DNA from: the human T2T-CHM13v2.0 reference genome, Homo sapiens | Assembly (NCBI RefSeq): GCF_009914755.1 | Contig: NC_060925.1 | DNA: 64,000 bases | Strand: one strand, 5' to 3' | Shown: in pieces, positions 28,698 to 47,058 of the stretch | Layout of the letters: each line of letters begins with the position of its first letter | How positions within the stretch are numbered: the first letter of the stretch is position 1 | Program-made: the position numbers and the translations under genes | The notes under the pieces: generated by a model | What the model was told of the DNA's origin: nothing | What the model saw: the letters and a program-made list of their open reading frames with translations, nothing else | Database searches by the model: none

Positions 28698-28979
28698 CAG
28701 AGCCACCGAAGCCTGTGCCTCCCCAGCCCTCAGCCCCTGAGAGCCGGCAGGTGGCAGCTGGTGAAGATGTCTGTCTGGAGCTTGAGGTGGTGGCTGAGGC
28801 TGGCGAGGTCATCTGGCACAAGGGAATGGAGCGCATCCAGCCCGGTGGGCGGTTCGAGGTGGTCTCCCAGGGTCGGCAACAGATGCTGGTGATCAAGGGC
28901 TTCACGGCAGAAGACCAGGGCGAGTACCACTGTGGCCTGGCTCAGGGCTCCATCTGCCCTGCGGCTGCCACCTTCCAGG
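28698..28979 (+). CDS. OBSCN: OBSCN Ig exon (AEPPKPVPPQPS...ATFQ)
   Basis: cagcag tandem acceptor (alternative start 28701), G|gtgcgt donor. Confidence 0.92.
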
Positions 28980-29689
28980 GTGCGTTGTCCCTGTCCTTCC
29001 AGGTTCCAGGGTGGGGAGCTCTGGTGTGGGGGTGCAGCTTGGCCTTCCTCTCACAGGCTCTCTCAGGGAAGGGCTGAGGGTCCTTTTGAGGACCCCATCA
29101 CATGGGAGAGACTGAGGCTCCACAGGGAGATGCGGCAAACCCCATGTTGCAGAGCCTTGATGGCGTAGGCCAACCTGCCTGTCCCTGAGCAGGTCCTGGG
29201 TGGTGCAGCCCTTGGTTCTCCTATTCTGGTCCCTTTAAGCTTCTGGGCCCCTGCACACAGACATCCCCTGTACTCTGAACCCCCTGAAACCCCCGGTGCT
29301 CTGATCCCTCCCACACTCTGAGGCCTGTTCCCTGAACTCTGAGCCTAATCCTCCCTGCATGGCAGCCAGCACCCCCATAAGTCTAGGCGCTCTATCCCAG
29401 AAGCAGGGCCAGAAGGGCTCAAATCAGCCCAATTTGCTTTTGCAGAGTCCTTTCCTGTTCCGGTCATCACATACCCTATGCAGGGAGGTAGACTGAGGCC
29501 TCACTCAAAGTGGGGGAGCTGAGGCTCAGGGGCTCTGAGACTTGCAAAGATTGTGCCATCTGAAGTAGCTAGTGCCAGGTGGGGAGAGAGGCCTAGCAAG
29601 GCCACAGCCCAGCTGCATACTGATAAGCAGCTGAGGTCTGGGGTGATGGCTCTGAACTAGCCCACTGACTAGTCTTTTGCCTTCCTCAG

Positions 29690-30060
29690 TGGCACTGAGC
29701 CCAGCCTCTGTGGATGAGGCCCCTCAGCCCAGCTTGCCCCCCGAGGCAGCCCAGGAGGGTGACCTGCACCTACTGTGGGAGGCCCTGGCTCGGAAACGTC
29801 GCATGAGCCGTGAGCCCACGCTGGACTCCATTAGCGAGCTGCCAGAGGAGGACGGCCGCTCGCAGCGCCTGCCACAGGAGGCAGAGGAGGTGGCACCTGA
29901 TCTCTCTGAAGGCTACTCCACGGCCGATGAGCTGGCCCGCACTGGAGATGCTGACCTCTCACACACCAGCTCTGATGATGAGTCCCGGGCAGGCACCCCT
30001 TCCCTGGTCACCTACCTCAAGAAGGCTGGGAGGCCAGGCACCTCACCACTGGCCAGCAAG
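29690..30060 (+). CDS. OBSCN: OBSCN non-modular Ser/Glu-rich linker exon (VALSPAS...PLASK)
   Basis: AG/GT, 371 bp, phase 1-0. Confidence 0.94.
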
Positions 30061-30104
30061 GTGAGCCCCCCCAACTTGGCCTGCAAGGAGAGGTCTGAGA
30101 CCTT

Positions 30105-31850
30105 CATCATCTATCCATCCATCCATCCCTCCATCCACTATTCATCCATTTGCCATTCATCCACCCATCTGTGCATCTACTCATCTATCCATCTTTTCTT
30201 CCATTCATCCACTCATCTGCCATTCATCCATCTATCCATGCATCCATTCGTCCATCTTTCCTTTCTTCCTTCCATGTATCCATCCATGCATCTTTCTGTC
30301 CATCCATTCATCCATACACCATTCATCTATCCATCCATTCATGCATCCATCCACCATTCATCCACCCATCCATGCATCCATCCATCCATCCACCATTCAT
30401 CCATCCATCCATGAATGCATCTTTCTAGCCATCGTTCATCCATCCATCCACCATTCATCTATCCATCCATCCATGCATCCGTCCACCATTCATCCATCCA
30501 TCCATGCATCCATCCACCTGCCATCCACCCATCCATGCATGCATCCATCCACCATTCATCCATTCATTCATGCATCCATCCATCTAAACCACTCATCTAC
30601 CCATCTATGCATCCATCCATCCATCCTTCCTTCCATCCACCCATCCACCCATCCACCATCCATCCATCTATGCATCCATCCATGCATGCATCCACCCATC
30701 CTTTAATTCATCCAACTGCCATCCATCTCTTCAGGCAACCGTTTTTCCATCCTTCCATCCTTCTACCTAATCAATCCATTTATACATCTGTCTTTGCTTA
30801 CTTTCATCTGTTTATGCATCATCCATCTACCATCCATCCATCCATCCATTCATCCATCCTTCTATCCATCCATACATGATCCATCCATCAGTGCATGCAT
30901 TTATTCTCTTCTGTCTGTCCACCATCCATCCTTCAATCCATGCATCTGTCTATTCTTCTATCTATCCATCCATCCATGTATCCATTCTTCCTTTCATTCG
31001 TTCATCCATTCATGCATTCATTCTTTCTTCTTTTCATCCACCCATTTATTTATGTGTCCATCTTTGTTTCCTTTCATCTATTCATCTGCCATCTATTCAT
31101 CCATATGTTCATCTTTCTTTCCTTTCTTCCATCTATCCATCTATCCATCCACCATCTATCCATCCATGCACACATTCCTCCTTCCATCTAGTCATCCATC
31201 CACCCATCTGCCATCTACATACTCATCCATCTATCATCTATTCACCATTCTGCCATCTTTCCGTAATTCTTCCATCCATGCTTGTATCCATTCATCATCC
31301 ATCTACCATCCTTCCATTTGTCCATGTATGCTTCCGTCCGTCCTTGTTTTCATCTATTCACCCATCCTCCTATCTGACATGCATCCATCTACCCACTATC
31401 CATTCATGTATCTACTCACCATCCTGTTATTCATCCATCTACCATCCACCCACCATCCTTCCATTCCATTCCATTCATCCATCCATCTACTATCCATCTG
31501 CCACTCCTGCACCTGTTCATCTGTTCATTCATTTATCTGTCAGCCTGTTTACCCACCTATACAACCATACAACTCCATCCATCTGCTGTTTATCATCCAT
31601 CCACCTACTCATTCACCCATCCATCCACCATTTGTCCATGATCTATTCCTGTACTTGCTCACCTGTTTGTCTGTTTATCTGTCAGCCTGTTTCCATACCA
31701 CCATCTGTCTAACCATTCACTTATCCACCAGTCACCCACCCACTCACTCATCCATGCAGCCATCCATACACCTGTTCTCCCATTCAACCATCCATTCATC
31801 GATGTATCTCTCCATCCACCCTGCATCCATCCATTCATATACACATCTGA
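30105..31850. repeat. About 1.75-kb (CCAT/TCAT)n low-complexity tract
   Basis: Degenerate tetramer repeat filling most of the intron. Confidence 0.95.
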
Positions 31851-32149
31851 CAGTTAAAACTTTTGCCTGAAAAGTTGGAACTGGTCTCTTTATGGTGTTC
31901 TTCACAACCCTGTTCATCCTGGTCTGAGTTACTGTGTAAAGCGATTTCCAGGAAGTGGGCTTGCTTTTTGGAAGGTGCTGTCAGACATCTAGGTCAGTTG
32001 AAGCTAGAGTGGGTCCAATTGGTAGGAGGAAAAAGGGCATACTGGAGCAAGACCTGGAGCTGCCCCTGCCATGTGCTTGACACCTGTTGTGCCCTGTTCC
32101 TGGCCTCAGATTCCCTATCTCACCATGACGTCAGGCTCTGTGCCCACAG

Positions 32150-33020
32150 GTTGGGGCCCCAGCAGCCCCCTCTGTGAAGCCACAGCAGCAGCAGGAGCCA
32201 CTGGCTGCTGTGCGCCCACCACTGGGAGACCTGAGCACCAAAGACCTGGGTGATCCCTCAATGGACAAGGCAGCTGTGAAGATCCAGGCTGCCTTTAAGG
32301 GCTACAAGGTCCGGAAGGAGATGAAGCAGCAGGAAGGGCCCATGTTCTCCCACACATTTGGGGACACCGAGGCACAGGTGGGGGATGCCCTGCGGCTGGA
32401 GTGTGTCGTGGCCAGCAAGGCAGATGTGCGAGCCCGCTGGCTGAAGGATGGTGTGGAGCTGACCGATGGGCGGCACCATCACATCGACCAGCTTGGGGAT
32501 GGCACCTGCTCTCTGCTGATCACTGGCCTGGGCCGTGCTGATGCTGGCTGCTACACCTGTCAGGTGAGCAACAAGTTTGGCCAGGTGACCCACAGTGCCT
32601 GTGTGGTGGTCAGTGGGTCAGAGAGTGAAGCCGAGAGCTCCTCTGGGGGTGAGCTGGACGATGCCTTCCGCCGGGCTGCCCGTCGGCTGCACCGGCTCTT
32701 CCGCACCAAAAGTCCGGCTGAAGTTTCAGATGAGGAGCTCTTCCTGAGTGCAGACGAGGGCCCTGCAGAGCCAGAGGAGCCCGCGGACTGGCAGACATAC
32801 CGCGAAGATGAGCATTTCATCTGCATCCGTTTTGAGGCGCTCACTGAGGCCCGCCAGGCGGTAACTCGCTTCCAGGAGATGTTTGCCACACTGGGCATTG
32901 GGGTGGAGATCAAGCTGGTGGAACAGGGGCCTCGGAGGGTAGAGATGTGCATCAGCAAAGAGACTCCTGCCCCTGTGGTGCCTCCAGAGCCATTGCCCAG
33001 CCTACTGACTTCTGACGCTG
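32150..33020 (+). CDS. OBSCN: OBSCN exon with IQ motif (32282-32317) and Ig domain
   Basis: AG/GT, 871 bp; IQAAFKGYKVRK and DAGCYTC. Confidence 0.97.
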
Positions 33021-33199
33021 GTGAGTCTGCACACAGCCTTGGTCTGGGGTCACGAGCCAGGGTGCAGAGGCAGGGAGAGGCAGGGGAGAAGGATCCAGGC
33101 TAGTCGTAGCTAGAGTCTGCTGCAAGCTCAAGGGGTTACCTGTGCCCACCACTGGGCTCTTCGCAGGTGCAGCCCACTGAGGTGTGAAAAGCCCTGACT

Positions 33200-33322
33200 T
33201 TGAGGTTAAATAGAGCTGAATTTGAACTCCAACCCTGTCTCTTACTAGCTATGTGCTTTGGGGGAAGCTGCTTAGCATCTCTGTACCTCAGCTTTCACAT
33301 CTGTGAAATGAGAATGGGAATG
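33200..33322. mobile_element. MIR SINE fragment
   Basis: tctctgtacctcagctttcacatctgtgaaatg core. Confidence 0.7.
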
Positions 33323-33560
33323 CAGTTGTACCTTGGTATACACAGAGGATGGATTTCAGAACCCTCATGTGTACCCAAATCCACACATACTCAATCCCCA
33401 AATCAGCCCTGCAGAACCTATATATATGAAAAGTCAGCCCTCCCTATACAGGGTTTTGCATCCCACAGATGCTGTATTCTTTGATCCACATTTGGTTGAA
33501 AAATATCCACATATAAGTGGACCCATGCAGTTCAAATGCATGTTGTTCAAAGGTCGTTTG
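33323..33560. mobile_element. MER8-like Tigger DNA transposon
   Basis: cagttgtaccttgg start and aagtggacccatgcagttcaaa...gttcaaaggtcg end. Confidence 0.65.
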
Positions 33561-34133
33561 TATTCACTCTCTAGAATTTTTTAAAAATGAGACTCTGAAA
33601 TGTAACCTGTATAAAATGCTGCACTCCTCATGGTCCAGTCTGCATACCATTTCCCATTCCAGCATCTAGGAGTAATTAAAAAGCCATTTCCTTATTTACT
33701 TGTGTCTCTCTAGGAATGTTAAAGAGGGTATGATGAATGACCCACAGTGTTACTTCTTGAAACTTCTCTCCAATTTTGAGCCTCTCCCTTGCTTCAAATC
33801 CCTCACCTGCTCCTCCTGGACTTACAGGCCACACAGTCTTTATCGTTGCTTTACCTCCCTTTTCCTCCCTGTTTCCAGCCCTTTATCCCTTTTGCCTCAA
33901 AGTAGCTTGGGAACCAAGCTGGCAAACAGAATTCTTAGAGAACAAGGAAGAGAGAGAGGCTTAGTAGGCAAAGATACCATTCTGTTTAGCTGTCAGTGTC
34001 TGTGAATGCTCCCATATGAATGATTGTTCCGTACATCATATGTGTCAAACCATTCATCTGGTGGCAACTTGCATGTATGTGGCAGCCGGACGTGATCATT
34101 GTTCCCTGGGGCTAACTCACCCATCTATCCCAG

Positions 34134-34412
34134 CCCCAGTGTTCCTGACTGAGTTGCAGAACCAAGAAGTGCAGGATGGGTATCCTGTGAGCTTTGACTG
34201 CGTGGTGACAGGTCAGCCCATGCCCAGTGTGCGCTGGTTCAAGGATGGGAAGTTGTTGGAGGAGGATGATCACTACATGATTAATGAAGACCAACAGGGT
34301 GGCCATCAGCTCATCATCACAGCCGTGGTGCCAGCAGACATGGGCGTCTACCGCTGCCTGGCCGAGAACAGCATGGGTGTCTCCTCCACCAAGGCTGAGC
34401 TCCGTGTGGACT
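34134..34412 (+). CDS. OBSCN: OBSCN Ig exon (APVFLTELQNQEV...ELRVD)
   Basis: AG/GT, 279 bp. Confidence 0.96.
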
Positions 34413-34819
34413 GTGAGTACTGCGTCTGGTTTGGTGTCTCCAGGGTGGGTGGTGTAGGGGCTCCTGAGTTGGTCTTGAGGATAGTTCAGAGAGCATTCGT
34501 CTCAGCCCAGGCAGGATTTGGGGCCTCACTGTCTTGTGGCTGATGGAAAGCTGTCTGGGAGCTAGGGCCAAGACACGCCCCTAGTCTGGAGCCCCTTGGG
34601 GTAAGGGGTTGAGGGATCTCATCTCTGTGAGAGGCATCCTGGCTGGGACAGAGGCTCAGGAAGATTTGGAAGTGGACCTCATGGAGTAAGGTGAGGGGGT
34701 CAAGAAGGGTGAGTCCAGCCTACCCCAACCACTCCCTTGAGGTCCCTTTTGAAGGCTGTCAGATGGCTTGATCAGGAAGCCTCTCAGGAGAAGCTCAAGG
34801 GCATAGTGAATGGTTTGTG

Positions 34820-35530
34820 GCACTGTGGCATTATGAGAAATATTTATTTGACCTTTGTCCTCAGTTCCTGACACAGAGCTTCTAAATCCCTTGGAATTTC
34901 CTGGGTGATAGGAGCATCTTTTGTTCTAATAAGGTGACTCTTGGTGGGCCCCTAGTTAACTTCAGGATGAGGGGTGGTTTCCAGAAAGACCAAGCCTTTA
35001 TTAGAAGCCCAAAACTGTCAGCACTACCTCCATCCTCTCGGGAGGGTGGGGATGCTGGAGATTAAGTAATTTATCATGCCTATGTGATGCAGCCTCCATA
35101 CAAACCCATAAACTAAGATGTTTGGGCAGCTTGCGGGCTGTTGAACACGTGGAGGTGCCAGGATAGTTGTGCAAAGTGCCGCTCCTCTCCCTCACACCTT
35201 GCCCTATGTATCTTTTCCATGAGGCCATTCCTGAGTTATATCCTTTATAGTAAACCATTAGTAGTAAGTAAAGCACTTTTCTGAGTTCTGCGAGCCATTG
35301 TTGCAAATTATCAAACACAAGGAAGAGGGTTGTAGGAACCTCCAATTTACAGCCATTCAGTCAAAAGTATGGGTGGAAATCTGGGACTTACAACTGGCAT
35401 CTAAAGTGAGAACATACTTGTGAGATTGATTCTGTTAATGTTTAGGGTCTGTGCTAACTTTGGGCAGTTAATGTCAGAATTGAATGGATGTGTTGTACAT
35501 CCAGTTGGCATCAGATGTGTTGTGAGTGAA
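34820..35530. mobile_element. LTR, MER21-like
   Basis: ttcctgacacagagcttctaaatcccttggaatttcctgggtgatagg motif. Confidence 0.6.
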
Positions 35531-35539
35531 AACAGCTCA

Positions 35540-35770
35540 GGGACAGACTCTGGAGCCACAGAGTTGGGTAAAATCCTGGATCTGCTACTTACCAGCTATG
35601 TGATCTGGTAGAAGTGACTTTATCACTCAATGCCTCAGCCTCCTCATCTGGAAAATGGAGATCATGGAAACTGTCTTGTGGTATAGCTATGAGAGTTAAG
35701 TGAGTTGATTCATGTAAAACATTTAGTAGAACAGGCTGGGTACATAGTTAAGCACAAATTGTTAGCTGGT
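35540..35770. mobile_element. MIR SINE
   Basis: gcctcagcctcctcatctggaaaatggagat core. Confidence 0.7.
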
Positions 35771-36009
35771 TTGCAAGGCAGTTGTTGGGACAGGAGAAGG
35801 ATGCTGTATCTTTCAGCCTAATAAAGTCTCACTGAGTCCTCCAGCCTCTGGCTGGTACAGGCTGTGAGATGCTAAAGAAAGATTTCTTTTCTCTTTCCTG
35901 CCATCCCCTTCCATGTTGAGCCTGATGCCACAGGCCAGGCAGACAGTTTTGGAGGTGCTTTGGGGCTGGATGGGCAGCCATGGGATGGCCCTAAGATAGA
36001 ACTAATAAA

Positions 36010-37810
36010 TGGTTTCAAGAAGATCACAAGATACTAGATTGACATGCAAAAATCAGTAGTATTTGTATGTACTTAAAATGAACACGTGGAAACCAAAATT
36101 AAAAACACAATAATATTTATAATAGCTTAAAATAAAAAAATTTTTTTAACTTAGATGTAAATACAACAAAACATCTACTGGATCTGTGTCCTGAAAATTA
36201 CAAAATGCTGATGAAAGACAACAGAAAGGACCTAAACAAGCAGAGAGACATACCATGTTCATGGATTGGAACTCAACATAGCTAAGATGCCAAATTGATA
36301 TGTAGGTTTAATGCAGTTCCTATAAAAATCCCAACAAGATTTTTTTATATACACAGATGAGCTTGTTCTAAAATGTATATGGGAAGGCACAGAACTTAAA
36401 ATAGCTAAAAACCATTTTGAAAAACAAGAATAAAATGGGAAGGACCATTCTACTTAATGTTAAGATTTACTATTTAGCTTAAGTATTAAAGACAGTGTGG
36501 AATTTGTAGAGGGATTGACACATAAATCAGTGGGACAAAATGGAGAATACAGATTTAGACTCATACAAATATGTCCAAGTGATTTTTGACAAAAGTGCAA
36601 AAGCAATTAAATGGAGGAAGGATAGAATTTCAACAAATTTGGTGCTGGAGAAATTTGGACATGCATAGGCAAAAAATGACCCTTAACCTAAACTTCACAC
36701 CTTATATGAAAATTAACTCAAAATCAATTGCATCCTTAAATATAAAACTTTTAGGGGAAAAAAATGGCAGAGAATCTTTAGGATCTTAGGCTATGAAAAG
36801 ACTTCTTAGACTTGACAGTTAAAGCACCATCCATAAAAGGAAAAACTGGTAAACTGGATCTCACCAAAATTGAAAACTTTTGCTCTGAGAAAAACCCTGC
36901 TGTGTAGAGGATGAAATGTTACAGATTGGAAGAACATGTTCACAAATTATGTATCTTGTAAGGGACTTTTATCTAAATAAATACAAAGAATGCTCAAAAT
37001 TAAGCAGTAAAGAATTTTAAAAATCCAGTTGTAACATGGGCAAAAGACTATCCAGTCATTTCATGGGAGAGGATATGCAGAAGGTAAATTAGCATATGAA
37101 AGATGTTCAACATCATTAGCCATTAGAGATAGTCAAGTTAAAACCCCAATGAGATATCACTGCATAACTACCAGAATGGCTAAAATTAAAAATGGTGATA
37201 GCACCAAATGCAAGTGAGGATACAGAGAAACTGGGTCACTCATACATTGCTGGTGGGAAAGTAAAATGGGCCAGCCACTCTGAAAACTGTGGCAGCCTCT
37301 TACAAAACTAACCATGTGCTTACCATATAACCCAACAATTTCTCTCTTTTTTTGGCATTTATATCAGAGAAATGAAAAAATTGCATTCAAACTAAAACCT
37401 GCACCCAAATGTTCATAGCACCTTTATTCCTAACAGAGCCAAGGGCTGGTAACACCCGAAATGTCCTTCAATGGGTAAATGGTTAAACAAACCACCTATG
37501 TACATCTATTCTATGGAATGCTACTCAGCCATAAAAAGGAACTATTGATGTATAATAACTGTGATAAAATTGCATCTTACTACATAAAATTAAATATATA
37601 AACATACACTCAATTGTGTTCTTGTAAAACTTTTGAAATCTCAACAAAATCAATGGATTGCATCAATGTCAGTCTTCTAGTTGTGATATTGCACTGTAGT
37701 TGGTGAGATGTTGACATTGCAGGAAGGTGGATAAAGAATAAATGGGATCTCTATATCGCTTCTTAGAACCGCGTGTGAATTTACAGTTATTCCAAAGTAA
37801 AAAGGAAAAG
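36010..37810 (+). mobile_element. Old L1 (L1M) ORF2/3'UTR fragments
   Basis: A-rich; ccatgttcatggattgga and tttgacaaaagtgcaaaagcaat L1 motifs. Confidence 0.85.
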
Positions 37811-37849
37811 GAACTATTAAAGAAAAGTCAATGATCTTAAATAAGAACT

Positions 37850-41180
<3,331 letters not shown>

Positions 41181-41185
41181 GTCCT

Positions 41186-42630
<1,445 letters not shown>

Positions 42631-42736
42631 ACAGAATATATTTTAAAAACCCAAGTAGAACTTCCAGAGATAAAAAAATCCAATTGATAGGATTAATAGC
42701 AAGTACAGAAGAAGATTATAAATTTATTACAGAAGA

Positions 42737-43132
<396 letters not shown>

Positions 43133-43647
43133 TCATCACCTAATCACCTCCCAAGGGCCCACCTCTTCATCCATAGGGGGTTAGTATTTCAGCATATGGT
43201 CTTTGGGGGGCATCTCAACATTTAGTCCATAAGAGAGGGTAAGTCCAGCCTCAGTCACTCCATCTTGACTAGAAACACTAGTCCTAGCTTCTGGTTTTGA
43301 GGCCTGTATCTTTTCATCCCATTATTCCCTAGTAGGATGGAACTGGAAGGTTCTACCACTATCACTGTTTCTTCTGAGGCCCCTGGATCATTCGGTATTA
43401 GTTTGTTGTGTCAAAGAGGCTTGTAGTTAGTTATAGGCCTTGAAGAATGGGGCTAGTAATAGCCTGAGGTGGAGAGGCTACAATGTTGCTGTTTCCCCTG
43501 TGACTTCCTAGCTCCCAAGTCTAAGTGGCTCCCGGGCAAGGCTCTGTAGTCAGGACCTCTGAGGGCCGAGGCCATCCTGGTGCGGTAGCTTATGCTGGGG
43601 CAGATGGGATGGCAGACCTTGCTCCAGCTCCCCTCTTCCTTCCCCAG

Positions 43648-43726
43648 TGACAAGCACAGACTATGACACTGCAGCAGATGCCACGGAGTCCTCATCCTAC
43701 TTCAGTGCCCAAGGCTACCTGTCCAG
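43648..43726 (+). CDS. OBSCN: OBSCN exon (LTSTDYDTAADATESSSYFSAQGYLS)
   Basis: AG/GT, 79 bp, phase 1-2. Confidence 0.92.
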
Positions 43727-43986
43727 GTAGGGGCTGCCAGAGGTGGGCTGTGCCCCATGGACTGACGTCGCAGGGCCTCTCGGGGAGTGATGCTGCTGGG
43801 TGAGGGCAGGGCTTGGTCTGACAGCATCCAATCCTGGAGCCTTCCTCCAGGCCCTGGCGGTCTCTGTCCACTCAGTCAGCAAACAGGGGCTTCCAGCGTC
43901 ATCCATGCCCAAGCCCCTCAGCACCCCTCCCGCCCTGCTCCCCTCGATGCCCTGCTTTATGGCTGACCCCTTTTCTGTTCTGCCAG

Positions 43987-44111
43987 CCGGGAGCAGGAGG
44001 GAACAGAGTCCACCACTGATGAGGGCCAGCTGCCCCAGGTGGTGGAGGAGCTGAGAGACCTCCAGGTGGCCCCTGGCACACGCCTGGCCAAGTTCCAGCT
44101 CAAGGTGAAAG
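43987..44111 (+). CDS. OBSCN: OBSCN exon (SREQEGTES...FQLKVK)
   Basis: AG/GT, 125 bp, phase 2-1. Confidence 0.93.
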
Positions 44112-44370
44112 GTGAGAAGGAGAGGGAGTGGGGACACAGCCATGGCAGGATGGAGGCCAAGGAGCCATACCCCATCAGCCACAATTGAAAGGAGACCCCA
44201 GCAGCGGGGTCAGGCAGTCACTCATCCCTGCTGCCTGGGTGCAGGAGGCTGACACTCTGTCACTGGTGGTGTGGGGACCCTCTCTCCAGGCCTTCATCTG
44301 TCTCCCATCTGGAGGGCACAGTGCCCGTGGGTGGTAGCCCAGGCTGACCACTCCTCCTCCCGTGGCCCAG

Positions 44371-44568
44371 GCTACCCTGCTCCCAGATTATACTGGTTCA
44401 AAGATGGCCAGCCCCTGACCGCATCTGCCCACATCCGCATGACTGACAAGAAGATCCTGCACACCCTGGAGATCATCTCCGTCACCCGGGAGGACTCTGG
44501 CCAGTATGCAGCCTATATCAGCAATGCCATGGGTGCTGCCTACTCGTCTGCCCGGCTGCTGGTTCGAG
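44371..44568 (+). CDS. OBSCN: OBSCN Ig exon (GYPAPRLYWFKDG...LLVR)
   Basis: AG/GT, 198 bp. Confidence 0.95.
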
Positions 44569-45298
44569 GTGGGTGCTCTGAGGGGCCGGGCAGAGACTTG
44601 GGCCCTGGGCAGCATCCTGGCCAGGGCTGACATCCCCTGCACACCCTGCCATATCAGGCCCTCAGCGAGGATCATTGGTCATTGCCCCTTGGTACACAGT
44701 GGCACAGGCGGCCGGAAGTTGGCCCTTCCAGGAGTGGGTGTGCAGCCCTCTGTCCTGACTGATGGGCAGGCTGGAGGTTGAAGTTGACCCAGGAAAGTGG
44801 GTCAACACTGCGGCTCTAGGTAGATCCACGCACAGCCAGAGCCGGTGGTAGCTTGGGACTAGAGGACCCTACTTCCTTATTGTTCAAAAAGTTCTGATCA
44901 CTGAGAGTTCATTCCAAGTTTCACCCAAACCCGTCCTGCCACTGCTGCAGCTTTCCCCAGCATCTCCAGGTGTGAGTCCTCTGCTGCTCTGGGCAGCATT
45001 ATTTGGTTGTGTGCTGATTCCAGTGTGGGGCCACAGAGTCTGTGGCAGGGCGAGGGTGGGTGGTGGGTCATCGGGTCTGGTCCATGCGGCCTGTTGCCTC
45101 TGTCACCTGAGTGTGTGAGTTCCAGGGCTCCAAGGCCCAGGTTTCAGGCAGGGGTTAGGGCGTTTGCTTGGGGAGCAGCGCTGCCCTTGGGTTCCCTCAC
45201 TGTAGGGGGCAGAACTGCCAGGCACCCGCACAGCGCCGGGTAGGAGCCACGGTGGGGGCCTGTGTGTGCTGGGTGTCTGACTCTAGTGCCTCTTTCAG

Positions 45299-45331
45299 GC
45301 CCTGATGAGCCAGAAGAGAAGCCTGCATCAG
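45299..45331 (+). CDS. OBSCN: OBSCN 33-nt microexon (GPDEPEEKPAS)
   Basis: tctttcag| acceptor, G|gtgagg donor, phase 1-1. Confidence 0.88.
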
Positions 45332-45601
45332 GTGAGGCAGCCCCAGACAGGCAGGGAGAGGCCAGGTGGCCATGGGTGCTGAGGGCCTGAGCCTAGGGCT
45401 GGCTGCAGTGGAGGTGTGGGTGGCCATGGGCTGGCTCAGGGAGGGCGCAGCAAGGAGACAGCCCGGCCGAGGGGGAAGCGTGGTGCTGTCCAGGTGCTGG
45501 CTGTGGAGAGCCACCTGGGCGTCTGCAGACATCATCCGGGGCCAGGAGGCGGGCGGTGGGGGCTGTGCCGAGGTCTCTGCCAGCCAGCCTGTGTCCCCTA
45601 G

Positions 45602-45700
45602 ATGTGCATGAGCAGCTGGTGCCGCCCCGAATGCTGGAGAGGTTCACCCCCAAGAAAGTGAAGAAAGGCTCCAGCATCACCTTCTCTGTGAAGGTAGAAG
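45602..45700 (+). CDS. OBSCN: OBSCN exon (DVHEQLVPPRMLERF...VKVE)
   Basis: AG/GT, 99 bp. Confidence 0.93.
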
Positions 45701-45866
45701 GTAAGGCGTTTCCTGCCCGCAGCTATGGAAAGATCACCCCTGGGGGATGGGACAGAGGTGCCCCCTCCCCACTCACATCATCCCGAGGGAAGGCCTGTGG
45801 CAGGGCTTTATCTCCAGAGACCCCGCTCCTGGCGGGGTGCACCCACCACCTCCTGCCTGCCCCTAG

Positions 45867-46085
45867 GACGCCCGGTGCCCACCGTGCACTGGCTCAGGGA
45901 GGAGGCTGAGAGAGGCGTGCTGTGGATTGGCCCTGACACACCGGGCTACACCGTGGCCAGCTCTGCGCAGCAGCACAGCCTGGTCCTGCTGGACGTGGGC
46001 CGGCAGCACCAGGGCACCTACACATGCATTGCCAGCAACGCTGCCGGCCAGGCCCTCTGCTCCGCCAGCCTGCACGTCTCGGGCC
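45867..46085 (+). CDS. OBSCN: OBSCN Ig exon (GRPVPTVHW...LHVSG)
   Basis: AG/GT, 219 bp. Confidence 0.94.
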
Positions 46086-46578
46086 GTGAGTGGGGGGTGG
46101 GGGGATGGGGGGATGGGGGGCTGGGGCATGGGGGGTGGGCACTGGGTGGCTTTGGGGTCTCCTTGGGGCACACTGCCCATCACCACCATCTGGGCTGGGA
46201 CCCTGTGGGACCCCCTCCTTCCTCTTTTCATTCTCTGACAGCACCAGGGAGACCCCAAAATGGGTCAGGCCCTGGTGGTGCTGGTGGTTTTGAGCCTCAG
46301 AGTCGCCTCTGGGCCCAGGCCCCGTGGGTTCTGCACCGCTGGCTCCAGAGACATTTCCTGAAGCCCCCTGCATCCTGGGCCTTGCTTAGCCCCTCTGAGG
46401 ACAGGAACCCCTGTTCTCCTCCCATCACTGTCAGGGTGACCACGGGCCAAGAGTGGGATGGGGAGGTGAGCTCGGGCACAGCCCCTGCTCAGGGCTTCAG
46501 AGGGACCCAGTCCAGATCTGGAATCAGACGTGCCGGGGTTGGGAGCACCGTCTGATGGCTTGCCGGTCCTCCTGACAG

Positions 46579-46639
46579 TGCCTAAGGTGGAGGAGCAGGA
46601 GAAAGTGAAGGAAGCGCTGATTTCCACTTTCCTGCAGGG
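46579..46639 (+). CDS. OBSCN: OBSCN exon (LPKVEEQEKVKEALISTFLQ)
   Basis: AG/GT, 61 bp, phase 1-2. Confidence 0.9.
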
Positions 46640-46987
46640 GTGAGTGAGGGTTGCCCCTCCAGGCCAGTCCGGTCAGGGCCAGGGAGGACGCTCTAGGAGT
46701 GGGGAACAGGACAGCGCTGCCCCTGGGGAGAGCACCTGTCCCGGAGCGTGTCCTGGCTCTGCCCCATGCAGGCCATGTGGTTTGGGCCAGCTCTCTTCCT
46801 TCTCTGCATCTCAGTTTCCCCATTGTAAAGTGAGGGCTTCTGTTGGGCCTCTCTGGTATGGAGCCTCTTTCTCTGGTATCTTGGTTTGTTGCCCCCAGAC
46901 CCTCTTTTTGTCAGGAGCTTCTGCATAAGGACAGAGGGTGGTGGGGTCCAGCCCAGGCCTCTCAGGACACCCCCTTCACCTGTTTAG

Positions 46988-47058
46988 GACCACACAAGCC
47001 ATCTCAGCACAGGGGTTGGAAACTGCGAGTTTTGCTGACCTTGGTGGGCAGAGGAAAG
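46988..47058 (+). CDS. OBSCN: OBSCN exon (GTTQAISAQGLETASFADLGGQRK)
   Basis: AG/GT, 71 bp, phase 2-1; required to keep the frame. Confidence 0.88.

Noticed and set aside
30150-31870. Long His/Pro/Ser/Ile-rich ORFs (up to 358 aa), also at 20911-21614
   Set aside because: Translation of stop-poor (CCAT)n repeat; not genes
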